The position numbers and the translations under genes were made by a program. A stretch of 64,000 nucleotides of DNA from Chryseobacterium gleum (GTDB lineage Bacteria; Bacteroidota; Bacteroidia; Flavobacteriales_D; Crocinitomicaceae): contig CAMDAO010000003.1 in NCBI GenBank assembly GCA_945888595.1, positions 1,188 to 65,187 on the forward strand, in the 5' to 3' direction. The notes under the pieces are model-generated. The model ran no database searches. It had not been told where the DNA came from and worked only from the letters and a program-made list of their open reading frames with translations. Below are positions 47,580 to 57,969 of this stretch, piece after piece. The number at the start of each line of letters is the position of its first letter. Position 1 is the first letter of the stretch.

Positions 47580-48512
47580 ATGAATAGTACGACACTTTCG
47601 AAAGAAGAATTACTTGTAGAGTTTGAGGCTAAAATAAATGCTGAACAAAAGATAGAACCGCTCGATTGGATGCCCGATGAATATCGGAATCATCTTATTC
47701 GTCAGATTTCACAACATGCACATTCTGAGATTATTGGAATGCAGCCAGAAGGAAATTGGATCACAAGAGCACCTTCTTTAAGAAGTAAAAAAATATTACT
47801 TGCTAAAATTCAAGATGAAGCTGGACACGGTTTGTATTTATATAGCGCGGCAGAAACATTAGGGGTTACTCGTGAGCAATACATTCAATGGCTGCATGAA
47901 GGAAAAGCAAAATATTCTTCTGTTTTTAATTCACCTGCTTTGAACTGGGCTGATATGGGCGCAATTGGATGGCTGGTAGATGGAGCTGCTATCACCAATC
48001 AAGTTTCTTTGCAAAAAACGTCCTATGGACCTTATGCAAGAGCAATGGTGAGAATTTGTAAAGAGGAGTCTTTCCACCAACGTCAAGGATATGAAATTAT
48101 GTGGAAAATGATGGAAGGCACGAAAGATCAACAAGAAATGGCGCAAGATGCTTTGAATCGCTGGTGGTGGCCTTCTCTGATGATGTTTGGACCGCATGAT
48201 TCTGATTCTCCAAGAACTGGGAATGCGATGAGATGGAAAATAAAAAGAGAAACAAATGATTATTTGCGTGAAAAATTTATCAATAAAACGATTCCTCAAG
48301 CTGAATTAATCGGTTTAAAAATTCCAGATAACAATTTGGTCCGATTAGAGGATGGCACGTATAAATCGGGTGATATTAATTGGGATGATTTCTGGAACAA
48401 TGTGAATGGAAACGGACCTTGCAATGAACAAAGATTGGCACATCATATCAAGGCACATAATGACGGCGCTTGGGTTAGAGAGAGTGCGGTTGTAAGTGGT
48501 TTTCAAAGATAG
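47580..48512 (+). CDS. paaA: 1,2-phenylacetyl-CoA epoxidase subunit A
   Basis: Ferritin-like diiron ligand blocks QDEAGHG and EESFHQRQG. The ATG at 47580 is preferred over the TTG at 47574. Confidence 0.8.
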   Translation: MNSTTLSKEELLVEFEAKINAEQKIEPLDWMPDEYRNHLIRQISQHAHSEIIGMQPEGNWITRAPSLRSKKILLAKIQDEAGHGLYLYSAAETLGVTREQYIQWLHEGKAKYSSVFNSPALNWADMGAIGWLVDGAAITNQVSLQKTSYGPYARAMVRICKEESFHQRQGYEIMWKMMEGTKDQQEMAQDALNRWWWPSLMMFGPHDSDSPRTGNAMRWKIKRETNDYLREKFINKTIPQAELIGLKIPDNNLVRLEDGTYKSGDINWDDFWNNVNGNGPCNEQRLAHHIKAHNDGAWVRESAVVSGFQR

Positions 48513-48545
48513 TTCAACTCATATATAATAGCAAACGATAATAGA

Positions 48546-48839
48546 ATGGAAAATAAAGATACACAAGGTGAATTATGGGAAGTTTTTTTGCAAAGCAAGA
48601 CTGGACAATCGTTCAAACATGCTGGTTCAATTCATGCATATGACCGTGAAATGGCAATTGACAACGCAAGAGATACCTACACAAGAAGAGGCGAAGGAAC
48701 AGGATTATGGGTTGTGAAAAGTAAAGAAATTGTTGCTGTTTCTCCAAGTGAAGAAGGATATTTTTTCGACCCATCGAATGATAAGGTCTATCGTCACCCC
48801 ACTTTTTACGAAATGCCAGAAGGTCTTAAAAATATGTAA
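48546..48839 (+). CDS. paaB: 1,2-phenylacetyl-CoA epoxidase subunit B
   Basis: 97 aa. WEVFLQSKTGQSFKHAGSIHA...ARDTYTRR is the conserved PaaB core. It sits directly after paaA. Confidence 0.75.
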   Translation: MENKDTQGELWEVFLQSKTGQSFKHAGSIHAYDREMAIDNARDTYTRRGEGTGLWVVKSKEIVAVSPSEEGYFFDPSNDKVYRHPTFYEMPEGLKNM

Positions 48840-48848
48840 TCTCTTAGT

Positions 48849-49598
48849 ATGGAAGCGAAATTAAAATATTATTTACAAATTGCTGATAATGCATTAATTC
48901 TTAGTCATAGATTAAGTGAATATTGCAGTAAAGGACCGTTCTTAGAAGAGGATTTGGCGAATACCAACGTGGCGCTCGATTTGATTGGATTAGCAGAATC
49001 AATGTACATAGAAGTTGCTAGACAAGAAAATGAAGGCAGAACTGGTGATGATATTGTCTACAGAAGAAAAGAAACTGATTTCTTAAATGTGATTTTAGTA
49101 GAAATGCCAAATGATGATTTTGCGCACATTATGGTTCGACAATTTTTTACGGATGTTTTTCACCAACAATTCTTTTCAGAATTGCGGAATAGTAAAGATG
49201 AGTTTTTAATGGGAATAGCGCATAAATCCATTAAAGAAGTCTTATATCATTTGAAAAGAAGTTCAGAATGGATGTTTCGAATAGGTAAAGGAACGGTTGA
49301 GGCGCAAGAAAAAGCGCAGGTTGCAATTAATAAGTATTGGAAATATACACACGAATTCTTCTTAGAAAATGAGGCGGATATCGAGATGTTGAAAGCTGGA
49401 ATAGGAGTTGATTTATCGATGATTAAGAAAAATTGGTTAGCCAAAGTGGAAGAGATTTTTACGATGTCAAATCTTACAATTCCAACGAATGATTTCACAA
49501 TTGAAGGTGGTAAACAAGGGTATCATTCAGAAAATTTGGGGTACATTTTGACAGAAATGCAATTTTTACCAAGTAAATATCCTGATGCAATCTGGTAA
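48849..49598 (+). CDS. paaC: 1,2-phenylacetyl-CoA epoxidase subunit C
   Basis: 249-aa helical protein beginning YLQIADNALILSHRLSEYCSKGPFLEEDLANTNVALDLIG, in the expected paaABC order. Confidence 0.7.
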   Translation: MEAKLKYYLQIADNALILSHRLSEYCSKGPFLEEDLANTNVALDLIGLAESMYIEVARQENEGRTGDDIVYRRKETDFLNVILVEMPNDDFAHIMVRQFFTDVFHQQFFSELRNSKDEFLMGIAHKSIKEVLYHLKRSSEWMFRIGKGTVEAQEKAQVAINKYWKYTHEFFLENEADIEMLKAGIGVDLSMIKKNWLAKVEEIFTMSNLTIPTNDFTIEGGKQGYHSENLGYILTEMQFLPSKYPDAIW

Positions 49599-49611
49599 TA
49601 AATAAGTATCT

Positions 49612-49645
49612 AAAGGCTGTAAAAAAATCAATTTTACAGCCTTTT
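49612..49645 (+). terminator. Rho-independent terminator after paaC
   Basis: Stem AAAGGCTGTAAAA / TTTTACAGCCTTT followed by TTTT-rich sequence, 14 nt after the paaC stop. Confidence 0.7.
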
Positions 49646-49889
49646 AAAAAGGATTTGGCTGTTTTTATTCAATCCTGATTTCCTGTCTTTTTTCAATTAT
49701 TTACGAGATTTGACATATAGCTTTATTTCTTTTGGTTCAAAAAGAGAAGTATTTTCAGTACATCTAAAGCATTAAGGTGAAAAATGAAATTGGTTTGCAT
49801 TGACTCTGTTGTGAGTGGAATCAACCTAGCCAATGTTTCAAAATAAAATAATCCCAAATTGTAGAAAGCTCTATTCAACTTTTTAAAAC

Positions 49890-49897
49890 TATCTTTG
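49890..49897 (+). promoter_or_regulatory. Bacteroidota -7 box (TATCTTTG) upstream of hisS
   Basis: TAnnTTTG match 22 nt upstream of the ATG at 49919. Confidence 0.45.
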
Positions 49898-49918
49898 CAA
49901 TCAAATAATTGAATAATA

Positions 49919-51289
49919 ATGGCTCAAAAACCGTCCATTCCAAAAGGAACAAGAGATTTTTTACCTTTAGAAGTAGCGCGAAGAACGTATATCTTTGATA
50001 CAATTAAAGTGCTTTTTAAAAAGTATGGTTTTTCTCCAATTGAAACGCCTTCTTTTGAATTATCTCAAACATTATTAGGGAAATATGGCGAAGAGGGAGA
50101 TCGTTTGATTTTTAGAATTTTGAATTCTGGCGAAAAAATGAAAAAAGCTGATCTAGTTGCTTTAGAAACTGGAAATTTACCTCGTTTTGCTAATTCTTTG
50201 GCTGAAAAAGCATTACGCTATGATCTAACTGTTCCTTTTGCACGATTTGTTGTGCAGCACCAAAATGACATTTCATTTCCTTTTAAAAGATATCAAATTC
50301 AACCTGTCTGGAGAGCTGATAGACCGCAACATGGTCGTTATCAGGAATTTTTTCAGTGTGATGCTGATGTTGTCGGAAGTGATTCATTGGTCTATGAAAT
50401 TGATTTCATTTTGTTGTTCGATGAGGTGCTTACGGCGTTAAATATTCCTGATTTTAGTGTGAAAATCAATAACCGAAAAATATTATCAGGTATCGCAGAA
50501 GTAAGCGGGGAATCAGATAAAATAATTGATATTACCGTTGCGATTGACAAGTTGGATAAAATAGGGGAGGAAGGTGTGATGAAAGAATTAATTGAAAAGG
50601 GTGTTTCCATTTCTGCTATCGAAAAGATTACTCCTCTTTTTTCTATGATAGGTGATAATGCTGATTCATTAGCGAAAATGAAAGTCGTTTTAGCAAAAAG
50701 TGAAATTGGTTTGAAAGGAATTGAAGAACTTGAATTTGTTTTAAATCAAGTGACTGAATTAGGACCTTTGAAAGCGAAGATTGAATTTGATGTCACTCTG
50801 GCACGTGGTTTAAACTATTACACCGGGGCAATTTTTGAAGTGAAAGCGAATGGTGTAAACATGGGAAGTATTTGTGGGGGTGGGAGATATGACGATTTGA
50901 CGGGACTGTTCGGAATGTCAGGAATGTCAGGCGTTGGAATTTCTTTTGGTGCTGATAGAATTTATGATGTATTGACCGAATTAGATCTTTTCCCAAAAGA
51001 AACAGATTTAGGCTTAACGTTATTATTTGTAAATTTTGGTGAAATAGAACAAGCATATTGCATGAAATTAGTGCGTCAATGCAGAAATAAAGGTATTGAT
51101 TGCGAATTGTATCCTTCAAAAGCGAAAATGCAAAAACAGATGAAATATGCCAACGATCGCGGTGTTCAGTATGTTGCAATAGTAGGAGATGAAGAAATGG
51201 CGAAAGGTATTATTCAACTGAAAAATATGGAATCAGGAGATCAATTCGAATTATCTGTGGAAGAATTGATTGAAAAATTAAAAAATTAA
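49919..51289 (+). CDS. hisS: Histidine--tRNA ligase
   Basis: PKGTRDF, class II motif 2 [29 protein letters not shown], and GGGRYD. Confidence 0.95.
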   Translation: MAQKPSIPKGTRDFLPLEVARRTYIFDTIKVLFKKYGFSPIETPSFELSQTLLGKYGEEGDRLIFRILNSGEKMKKADLVALETGNLPRFANSLAEKALRYDLTVPFARFVVQHQNDISFPFKRYQIQPVWRADRPQHGRYQEFFQCDADVVGSDSLVYEIDFILLFDEVLTALNIPDFSVKINNRKILSGIAEVSGESDKIIDITVAIDKLDKIGEEGVMKELIEKGVSISAIEKITPLFSMIGDNADSLAKMKVVLAKSEIGLKGIEELEFVLNQVTELGPLKAKIEFDVTLARGLNYYTGAIFEVKANGVNMGSICGGGRYDDLTGLFGMSGMSGVGISFGADRIYDVLTELDLFPKETDLGLTLLFVNFGEIEQAYCMKLVRQCRNKGIDCELYPSKAKMQKQMKYANDRGVQYVAIVGDEEMAKGIIQLKNMESGDQFELSVEELIEKLKN

Positions 51290-51353
51290 ATAGCGTCCCA
51301 AAACAGACTATATAAATTTCCTTTTCTACTGAAAAGGAATAACTGTAAAACAA

Positions 51354-52835
51354 ATGAGTACAAGAAGTATTAATAATGAATGGATTTCATTAGCTGAAAT
51401 TGATGAAATCTTAAATGAAAATAATGTAATTGAATTGTCTGAAAGCGCAAAATCGGCTATCCAAAAATGCAGAACGTATTTAGATGAAAAAGTTGTTAGA
51501 AGTGGACGTTTGATGTATGGTGTCAATACAGGGTTTGGATCGCTATGCAATACGGCTATTTCTAATGAAGATTTAGAACAATTACAAAAGAATTTGGTTC
51601 TTTCTCATGCGTGCGGAACGGGTGAAGAAGTTCCTTCTGCTTTGGTAAAAAGAATGATATTATTGAAAATTATTGGTATTTCTCACGGTCATTCTGGGGT
51701 CCAAGTTGAGACTGTTGAACGATTGATTTTCTTCTTCAATAACAATATTCTTCCGCTTATATATCAACAAGGGAGTTTAGGTGCTTCCGGCGATTTAGCT
51801 CCTCTGGCGCATTTGTCATTACCACTAATCGGCGAAGGACAGGTATATGTAAATGGCGAAAAAATGTCCAGTAAAGCGATGAATGAAAGATTTAATCTGA
51901 AACCAATTGTTCTGCGATCAAAAGAAGGATTGGCCTTGTTAAATGGGACACAATTCATGAGCGCTTACGCATCGTATTGCGTTAGGCATACCGAAAAATT
52001 ATTCAATCAGTTCAATCAAATAGCTGCTATTTCTTTAGAAGGTTATGACGGAAGAATTGAACCCTTTGGCGTTTCTGTAAATGCAATTAGAAGGCAAAAT
52101 GGCCAGATAGCTGTTGCTAAAATTATGCGTGATTTATTAGCAGGTAGTGAAATCTCGAAGCAAGAAAAAGCGCATGTTCAAGATCCGTATTCTTTTAGAT
52201 GTATTCCCCAAGTTCATGGTGCTTCGCTGGATGCGATTTTACATTGCAAGGAAATAGTTGAACGTGAAGTGAATGCTGTGACGGATAACCCAACCATTTT
52301 TCCTGATGAAGACTTGGTGGTTTCTGCTGGCAATTTTCATGGTCAGCCTTTGGCTATTTCTATGGATTTCTTAGCTATTGCTTTAGCTGAATTAGGTAGT
52401 ATTTCTGAACGAAGAGTGTATAAATTAATCTCAGGGACTAGAAATTTACCTTCATTTTTGGTGGCTAATCCAGGATTAAACTCAGGATTTATGATTCCTC
52501 AATATACATGTGCTTCCATCGTTAGCCAAAATAAACAACTTTGTTCGCCGGCAAGTGTGGACACAATTGATTCTTCAAATGGTCAAGAAGATCATGTGAG
52601 TATGGGGGCAAATGCAGCGACGAAATTGCACAGAATTGTAGAGAATTGTTATACTATCCAAGCGATTGAGATTTTAAATGCAGCACAAGCATTCGAATTT
52701 AGAAGACCATTGAAATCTTCTCCTCAAATAGAATCTTTGGTTTCTAACTATCGCAAAGAGGTGTCATTTGTAGAAAAAGATCAATTCTTGCAACCTTTGA
52801 TTGCTAAAAGTCGAGAGTTTGTTGTGAATCTTTAG
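51354..52835 (+). CDS. hutH: Histidine ammonia-lyase
   Basis: MIO-forming GASGDLAPLAHL. The selectivity position reads LVLSHACG (Ser-His, HAL type rather than TAL/PAL). Confidence 0.85.
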   Translation: MSTRSINNEWISLAEIDEILNENNVIELSESAKSAIQKCRTYLDEKVVRSGRLMYGVNTGFGSLCNTAISNEDLEQLQKNLVLSHACGTGEEVPSALVKRMILLKIIGISHGHSGVQVETVERLIFFFNNNILPLIYQQGSLGASGDLAPLAHLSLPLIGEGQVYVNGEKMSSKAMNERFNLKPIVLRSKEGLALLNGTQFMSAYASYCVRHTEKLFNQFNQIAAISLEGYDGRIEPFGVSVNAIRRQNGQIAVAKIMRDLLAGSEISKQEKAHVQDPYSFRCIPQVHGASLDAILHCKEIVEREVNAVTDNPTIFPDEDLVVSAGNFHGQPLAISMDFLAIALAELGSISERRVYKLISGTRNLPSFLVANPGLNSGFMIPQYTCASIVSQNKQLCSPASVDTIDSSNGQEDHVSMGANAATKLHRIVENCYTIQAIEILNAAQAFEFRRPLKSSPQIESLVSNYRKEVSFVEKDQFLQPLIAKSREFVVNL

Positions 52836-52864
52836 TATTATTTATTGATTTCACTTCCGAATCC

Positions 52865-53917
52865 CTAGCAATAGTGATTTAATTTTTCGTGAATTTCAGT
52901 GCACTTTTTTAGTAAATCTTCATTAACGCCGTCACATTTTCTTTCTTTGGATGGAAATGATTTTAGTTCAAATTGTGTCTCGTGCAGTCCAATTTTAGTT
53001 GAAATTTCCTGGAGGTAATTCGTAGGTTCTTCACAAAATTTCTCATAGGAAAAAAGTACACATGAATCCATAAAGTGCTCGGATACATACGTGTAATAAT
53101 TTAACCAAGTCAATAACCAATAATTGATATCTTCTTTACTAGTCTCCAATAATTGATCGAATACAGAATCATTTCCCAAATAAAATGGTTTTTGATTTAA
53201 TCCAAATTCATAATGACCAATCCAATTCATATATTTCAATGTGAATGGATTTACTGTTTGAAGTTTACAAAAATGTTGATGCTGATTTAACAGTGAAAGT
53301 GCATGCTGTAAAGGGGTTCTAAAAGGAATAACAACGGTAGCTTTTGGGAAATTTTGTAAGATGGAAGATAAGCGCAAAATTGAATTATTGTTTTTTGATA
53401 GATATCTGTTTCCTGCTTTTTTACTGTGTTTTAAAATAATCAAATCAATATATTGGCTATAGCGAGTTTTGTTTTCGAGACCAATTTCATGAAGCACGAG
53501 GCGATCTTTTTGAATGTATGTATTATCTAAAAAAAATTTCCAGAACACTTCGTCCAACGCTTCGGGACTCTCATTATTTATTAAAATACCATCTTTATGT
53601 GATCGTTCCTTCTTTTTTAATTCTTCGCCTGTTCTTCTTTTAGAAAACTTTCCTCCAAAATTGGGAGCAAGTATAAAAGGTATATCTTCATAGGTTAATG
53701 ACGAAAATTGATTGGTTTCATGGAGAAGATTCAGGAAGGCTGTCGTACCACTTCTAGCTAAACCACTAATGAAAAGATGGTTTTCTTCTAAATTATGCTT
53801 CGTTTTTTTTAGATAAAGTACTTTTTCAATTTCAAAACTCATTTCAGAAACAGACTTCGAACCTAGACTGATTTTATGAAGGAATTTAGAAATAAAATTA
53901 TAGCTGTTTTCTTCCAT
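52865..53917 (-). CDS. Cytoplasmic P-loop (PAPS-type) sulfotransferase family protein
   Basis: 5'-phosphosulfate-binding loop ISGLARSGTTAF near the N-terminus. RTPLQHALSLL resembles the 3'-phosphate-binding block. No signal peptide. Confidence 0.6.
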   Translation of the reverse strand: MEENSYNFISKFLHKISLGSKSVSEMSFEIEKVLYLKKTKHNLEENHLFISGLARSGTTAFLNLLHETNQFSSLTYEDIPFILAPNFGGKFSKRRTGEELKKKERSHKDGILINNESPEALDEVFWKFFLDNTYIQKDRLVLHEIGLENKTRYSQYIDLIILKHSKKAGNRYLSKNNNSILRLSSILQNFPKATVVIPFRTPLQHALSLLNQHQHFCKLQTVNPFTLKYMNWIGHYEFGLNQKPFYLGNDSVFDQLLETSKEDINYWLLTWLNYYTYVSEHFMDSCVLFSYEKFCEEPTNYLQEISTKIGLHETQFELKSFPSKERKCDGVNEDLLKKCTEIHEKLNHYC

Positions 53918-54281
53918 ATTTCTTCTTAATAGAAAAGTAAATCAGAAATGAGAGGGAAGTAAGTAGTATCCCATCTATCGATATTAATAGTGCGTAAAAA
54001 TTATTGGTAGCAGTTATTATGTGACCAAACAAAGCAAGAAAAGTAAATGGACTGAAAACAAGTAGAAAGAAAAAAAGCAATTTAAAAGAAGTCAGAAAAA
54101 TCTTTGAAGTATAAGATAAAAGTGCTTTCTGCTTTTGATCATCTGTTAATGTTTTATCGGCAATAACCTTGAATGATTCTCTTTGTATCGTAAATAAGTA
54201 CTTACTCTCTTTGATAATCGATAAAAAATCAAACAAAAAAGCGGTAAAAAAACTGAAAATTAACACAAGAAGATACGCCAT
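53898..54281 (-). CDS. Small polytopic membrane protein (127 aa)
   Basis: Start set at MAYLLVLIFSFFTAFLF. About 4 hydrophobic segments. Its 3' end overlaps the sulfotransferase start by 20 nt. Confidence 0.55.
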   Translation of the reverse strand: MAYLLVLIFSFFTAFLFDFLSIIKESKYLFTIQRESFKVIADKTLTDDQKQKALLSYTSKIFLTSFKLLFFFLLVFSPFTFLALFGHIITATNNFYALLISIDGILLTSLSFLIYFSIKKKYGRKQL

Positions 54282-54283
54282 AT

Positions 54284-54463
54284 TTATTTCTTGAATTTGG
54301 ATTTCAAAAATCGAAATAGTCTTTTTAATGGATACCAAAAAATAGCGATTAAGGACAAGAAAAATGAAGTTAATATTCCTAAAATTGCAAGGATTGTTCC
54401 TGATCCAAGTCCTGGCCCAATATATAGGGGTACAGTTACTAATTTTATTAATAATACATCCAT
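54284..54463 (-). CDS. 59-aa membrane peptide (not in ORF track)
   Basis: ATG 54461-54463 to TAA 54284-54286, hand-translated codon by codon: MDVLLIKLVTVPLYIGPGLGSGTILAILGILTSFFLSLIAIFWYPLKRLFRFLKSKFKK. The stop is 2 nt before the next gene's ATG. Confidence 0.4.
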   Translation of the reverse strand: MDVLLIKLVTVPLYIGPGLGSGTILAILGILTSFFLSLIAIFWYPLKRLFRFLKSKFKK

Positions 54464-54618
54464 TACTGTTACTTTTTTATAAAAGTAAGATTTTAATTTC
54501 TTGTTGGGTAGGAATTAGTCTAGTAAATATGATTTATTGTGGATTTTTTTCATCTGATGTTTATCTCGCACAAGAACTACTCGTAGAATAAAGTACATAA
54601 AAATAATCTAGCTTGAAT

Positions 54619-55914
54619 TTACTTTTTCTTGATGAAATCAAGTGCTTTGAATTCACTTTCTGTGATATACGTAGACCAACATAAACGGCTAACTTTGTTT
54701 TTATCAATGCGATCAATATATGACCACATTTCGTGATTTTTGTCTCCAAAGACAATTCTGCCTTGATTTGTTTCTTCAACAAAAATAGTTTCATCCTTCA
54801 ATATTCTTGATAAACCTTCTGAAATCGTACCAATCTTAGAGGATTTAAATAATTGTTCGTAGGGCGTTGTAATTATATTCGTGGAGAAATCATACATGTA
54901 TTGATTATTATGTCCATCGATTAAAACTCCTGTTTTGTCTAAATTTTGGGCGTCAATTACATTATTACCAAAGATCCCAATTCGTGTAGAATCAAGAATG
55001 TCAATATCATGTTGACGCAACCAAGGCCCATTTTGTGACCAAATAATTTTGTTGGTAGAAGGACGATATAACATAACCATATTTTGATTCCGTAGACTTA
55101 AAAATAAATCTCCTTTTTTCCAGTACTTAGAATCTTTTAATACCGGTTGAATATCATTTAAATGGACATAATCCATTGATGCGGAAATCGGGCTTTCTTC
55201 AGCATTGATAAAAAAGTTACCTCTTCCATATCCATTCGCCATTAAAATCTCAAAAACTGATTTTTCAAATAAAATTTTTCCTGTTATTGCAGAAACTTCT
55301 TTAATGGCATCATCCAGAATTTGGTATTTTTTCGCATTCTTGGTGGAGCTATTAAAACTACAAAACCAATAATTATTTCCAAGGCCTTTTTCAATTGAAT
55401 GGTGACAATAAGCATCACTCCACCAAACAATTTTTGAGTTTTTATTCACTTTATAGAGAATCTCCGATCCAAAAAGCAGGGAACCATCAGATAATAAAGA
55501 CGGATGCATTAATTTAATTGAATTTCGTGAACGATGTGCGTGATTAATATGGTCGATATTAACCACCCATTTATGCATAATTACACCATCTCTAATTCGC
55601 ACTAATTTTACAATAGATTGTTCTAACAGGTGATCCCAACTTGAAACAAGGACATAATCGTTACTTTTTTTGTAGAAGTTAGAATAGTTAAATCCATTGT
55701 GTAATTTTAAAGAACTATTTATCTCTAATGGTTTTGTCAATTCAGCGTAATCATAAATATTTGATAAAAATGTAGATAGAAAAATGATTGCTTTCTTCGA
55801 ATATCCCTCCATCCGGGTGTTGTTCAGCAATACATATCTTGTAGCCCCCATAAAGAAGACCAAAATAAAAAAGAACACCCAGAAAAAAATTAGATATTTA
55901 ATAATTTTCTTCAT
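54619..55914 (-). CDS. Membrane-anchored aryl-sulfotransferase (ASST)-like beta-propeller protein, paralogue B
   Basis: N-terminal TM YLIFFWVFFFILVFFMG. His-centred blocks CHHSIE, YVHLNDIQP and PWLRQHDIDIL, which I associate with ASST-type enzymes. Family call is from memory. Confidence 0.5.
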   Translation of the reverse strand: MKKIIKYLIFFWVFFFILVFFMGATRYVLLNNTRMEGYSKKAIIFLSTFLSNIYDYAELTKPLEINSSLKLHNGFNYSNFYKKSNDYVLVSSWDHLLEQSIVKLVRIRDGVIMHKWVVNIDHINHAHRSRNSIKLMHPSLLSDGSLLFGSEILYKVNKNSKIVWWSDAYCHHSIEKGLGNNYWFCSFNSSTKNAKKYQILDDAIKEVSAITGKILFEKSVFEILMANGYGRGNFFINAEESPISASMDYVHLNDIQPVLKDSKYWKKGDLFLSLRNQNMVMLYRPSTNKIIWSQNGPWLRQHDIDILDSTRIGIFGNNVIDAQNLDKTGVLIDGHNNQYMYDFSTNIITTPYEQLFKSSKIGTISEGLSRILKDETIFVEETNQGRIVFGDKNHEMWSYIDRIDKNKVSRLCWSTYITESEFKALDFIKKK

Positions 55915-56226
55915 CTTAGTAGAATCATATTCTCAAAGTTACATAGAAACTGCGAAAGGTGAACAATTACCTTGACCTAAAATGTGTGAGGGAAAGAAAA
56001 GAAAAATTGTTTTTCCTCTTTGGGAATAGCATAATCAAAACGTAAAATCCGGAACTCCTGTTGTATACGTAACTTCTTTTTTGCAAGCCAAGTCTTCATC
56101 CGATAATTTTTTTCTGAACTACTAGCAAAGGAAAGTTGAGTAGAATCTTGTGCATTAAAGCTTGTGATGCCTGAAATGATTAAAATAAAAAGAATGCAGT
56201 TTTTTCACTGTACAAAATAGATTTTT

Positions 56227-57873
56227 TTATTCAGTGGTATATACTTTTTTTCCTATGATAAAAGTCATATAGGCATAGTTTTGCTTGAATTCTGAAGAGG
56301 ATGAAATCGGATAATCTAAAATTGTAAAAGTGGCGTCTTTTCCTTTTTCCAATGTTCCCAATTCATTTTCTTGAAAGGAGGCGAATGCAGCCCATTTAGT
56401 CATGCCATTAATACATTGATCTAAAGTAATTGCCTCATTAGAAAGAAATCCATTACTAGGTGAATTTTCTTCATTCATTCGCTGAACTGCCGCATGAATC
56501 GTTAAAAACGGATTAAAACTTTCAATAGGGAAATCGGTTCCAATTGCCAGCATTCCCGCTTGATTTAATAGTTTTTTATAAGCGTAAGCTCCTTTCAATC
56601 GTGTTTTTCCTAATCTAGTTTCGGCCCATCTCATATCGCTAACGGCATGCGTAGGTTGCACAGATGGAAACACTGCGTATTCACTAAACAATTTAAAATC
56701 AATAGGATCTAGGACTTGTGCATGTTCAATTCTCCACCGATGATCTTTGTTTACTTCATAAATCATCTTATATAGGTCTAATACAATTCGATTGGTAGAA
56801 TCTCCAATTGCATGTGTATTCATTTGGTAACCAATACTTTCACATATTAATGCAATCCGCTTCATTTCTGTGAATGAAGTTGTTAAGGATCCAAAATGCT
56901 GGTGTTCATCTGCGTATTCCTTTTTCAAATACGCCCCTCTTGAACCTAAAGAACCGTCGCCAAAAACTTTAAAACTACGAATGAGCAAATTTTTATAGGT
57001 GTAAATCCCATTTTTCTTAGCGAATTCAATGTTTTTTGTGGAAGGAAGAAGCATGGCATATATGTTCAATTGCAATTTTTTTTGGTCAATTAATTCTTTA
57101 AAATAGGCTATTTCTTCAAATTCAATTCCCGCTTCATGAACGCCTGTTATTCCATACTGAAATAATTCATTTTGTATTTCTAGTATTGTTTTCTGAATTT
57201 CATTCTTTGAATAACTTGGAAGAATTTTTGTAACAGCATTCATAGCATTATCAATGAGAATTCCAGTGCATTTTCCTTCCTTGACAAGTATTTCTCCTCC
57301 CTCGATTTCTGTCGTCGGACTTATATTTACTTTGCGCAAGAGGGCATCATTCACCAACATCGCATGACCATCAACGCGCGTTAGGCAAATTGGTGTTGTT
57401 GGGTACAATTTATTTAATTGTTCATTGGTAGGCATCTCATTGGTGTTCCACAGCGATTGATCCCATCCTCTTCCTATAATGAACGTTCGTTTATTTCGTG
57501 ATTGGTATTTCTCAATTCGAATCAAAACTTCATCAAATGAACGAACACCTGTTACATCAAGCCCTAATTTCTTTTTTACGAGCGACATAATGTGCCCGTG
57601 AGCATCTGTGAAACCAGGATATACATCTTTGCCTTCTGCATCTATCTCTTCACTTGAAGTGTAGCGATTAAGTATTTGTCTTTCCGCTCCAATTTCTACA
57701 ATTTTCCCATCTTTTATTGCGATGGCTTCAAAAATAGCGTCAGCATCATTGAGTGTGTGAATTCGCGCATTATGAATAATAAGGTCCACTTTTTTACCTT
57801 TAAAACAACCTGAAAGAAATGTTGTTGAAAAAGCGATTAGCAAGAAGTTCAGTATGTAAATAGATTGTTTCAT
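56227..57873 (-). CDS. Exported Amidohydro_3-type metal-dependent hydrolase (lipoprotein)
   Basis: Lipobox FLSGC. FTDAHGHI (HxH) and downstream His/Asp blocks (NTHAIGD, IGTDFP). Confidence 0.7.
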   Translation of the reverse strand: MKQSIYILNFLLIAFSTTFLSGCFKGKKVDLIIHNARIHTLNDADAIFEAIAIKDGKIVEIGAERQILNRYTSSEEIDAEGKDVYPGFTDAHGHIMSLVKKKLGLDVTGVRSFDEVLIRIEKYQSRNKRTFIIGRGWDQSLWNTNEMPTNEQLNKLYPTTPICLTRVDGHAMLVNDALLRKVNISPTTEIEGGEILVKEGKCTGILIDNAMNAVTKILPSYSKNEIQKTILEIQNELFQYGITGVHEAGIEFEEIAYFKELIDQKKLQLNIYAMLLPSTKNIEFAKKNGIYTYKNLLIRSFKVFGDGSLGSRGAYLKKEYADEHQHFGSLTTSFTEMKRIALICESIGYQMNTHAIGDSTNRIVLDLYKMIYEVNKDHRWRIEHAQVLDPIDFKLFSEYAVFPSVQPTHAVSDMRWAETRLGKTRLKGAYAYKKLLNQAGMLAIGTDFPIESFNPFLTIHAAVQRMNEENSPSNGFLSNEAITLDQCINGMTKWAAFASFQENELGTLEKGKDATFTILDYPISSSSEFKQNYAYMTFIIGKKVYTTE

Positions 57874-57969
57874 TTGACTTCATTTTTGAATACTTCAAAG
57901 ATAAGAATCTGCTTTGAATACCAATAATTAAAATAATTTCAGTGCTCTTTTTATAAATTAACTGGTGTT

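Noticed and set aside
51354-52835. Ammonia-lyase as the tyrosine ammonia-lyase of a flexirubin-type pigment pathway
   Set aside because: The selectivity switch reads Ser-His (LVLSHACG), the histidine ammonia-lyase state rather than His-Leu (TAL) or Phe-Leu (PAL). No polyketide or flexirubin genes are adjacent.
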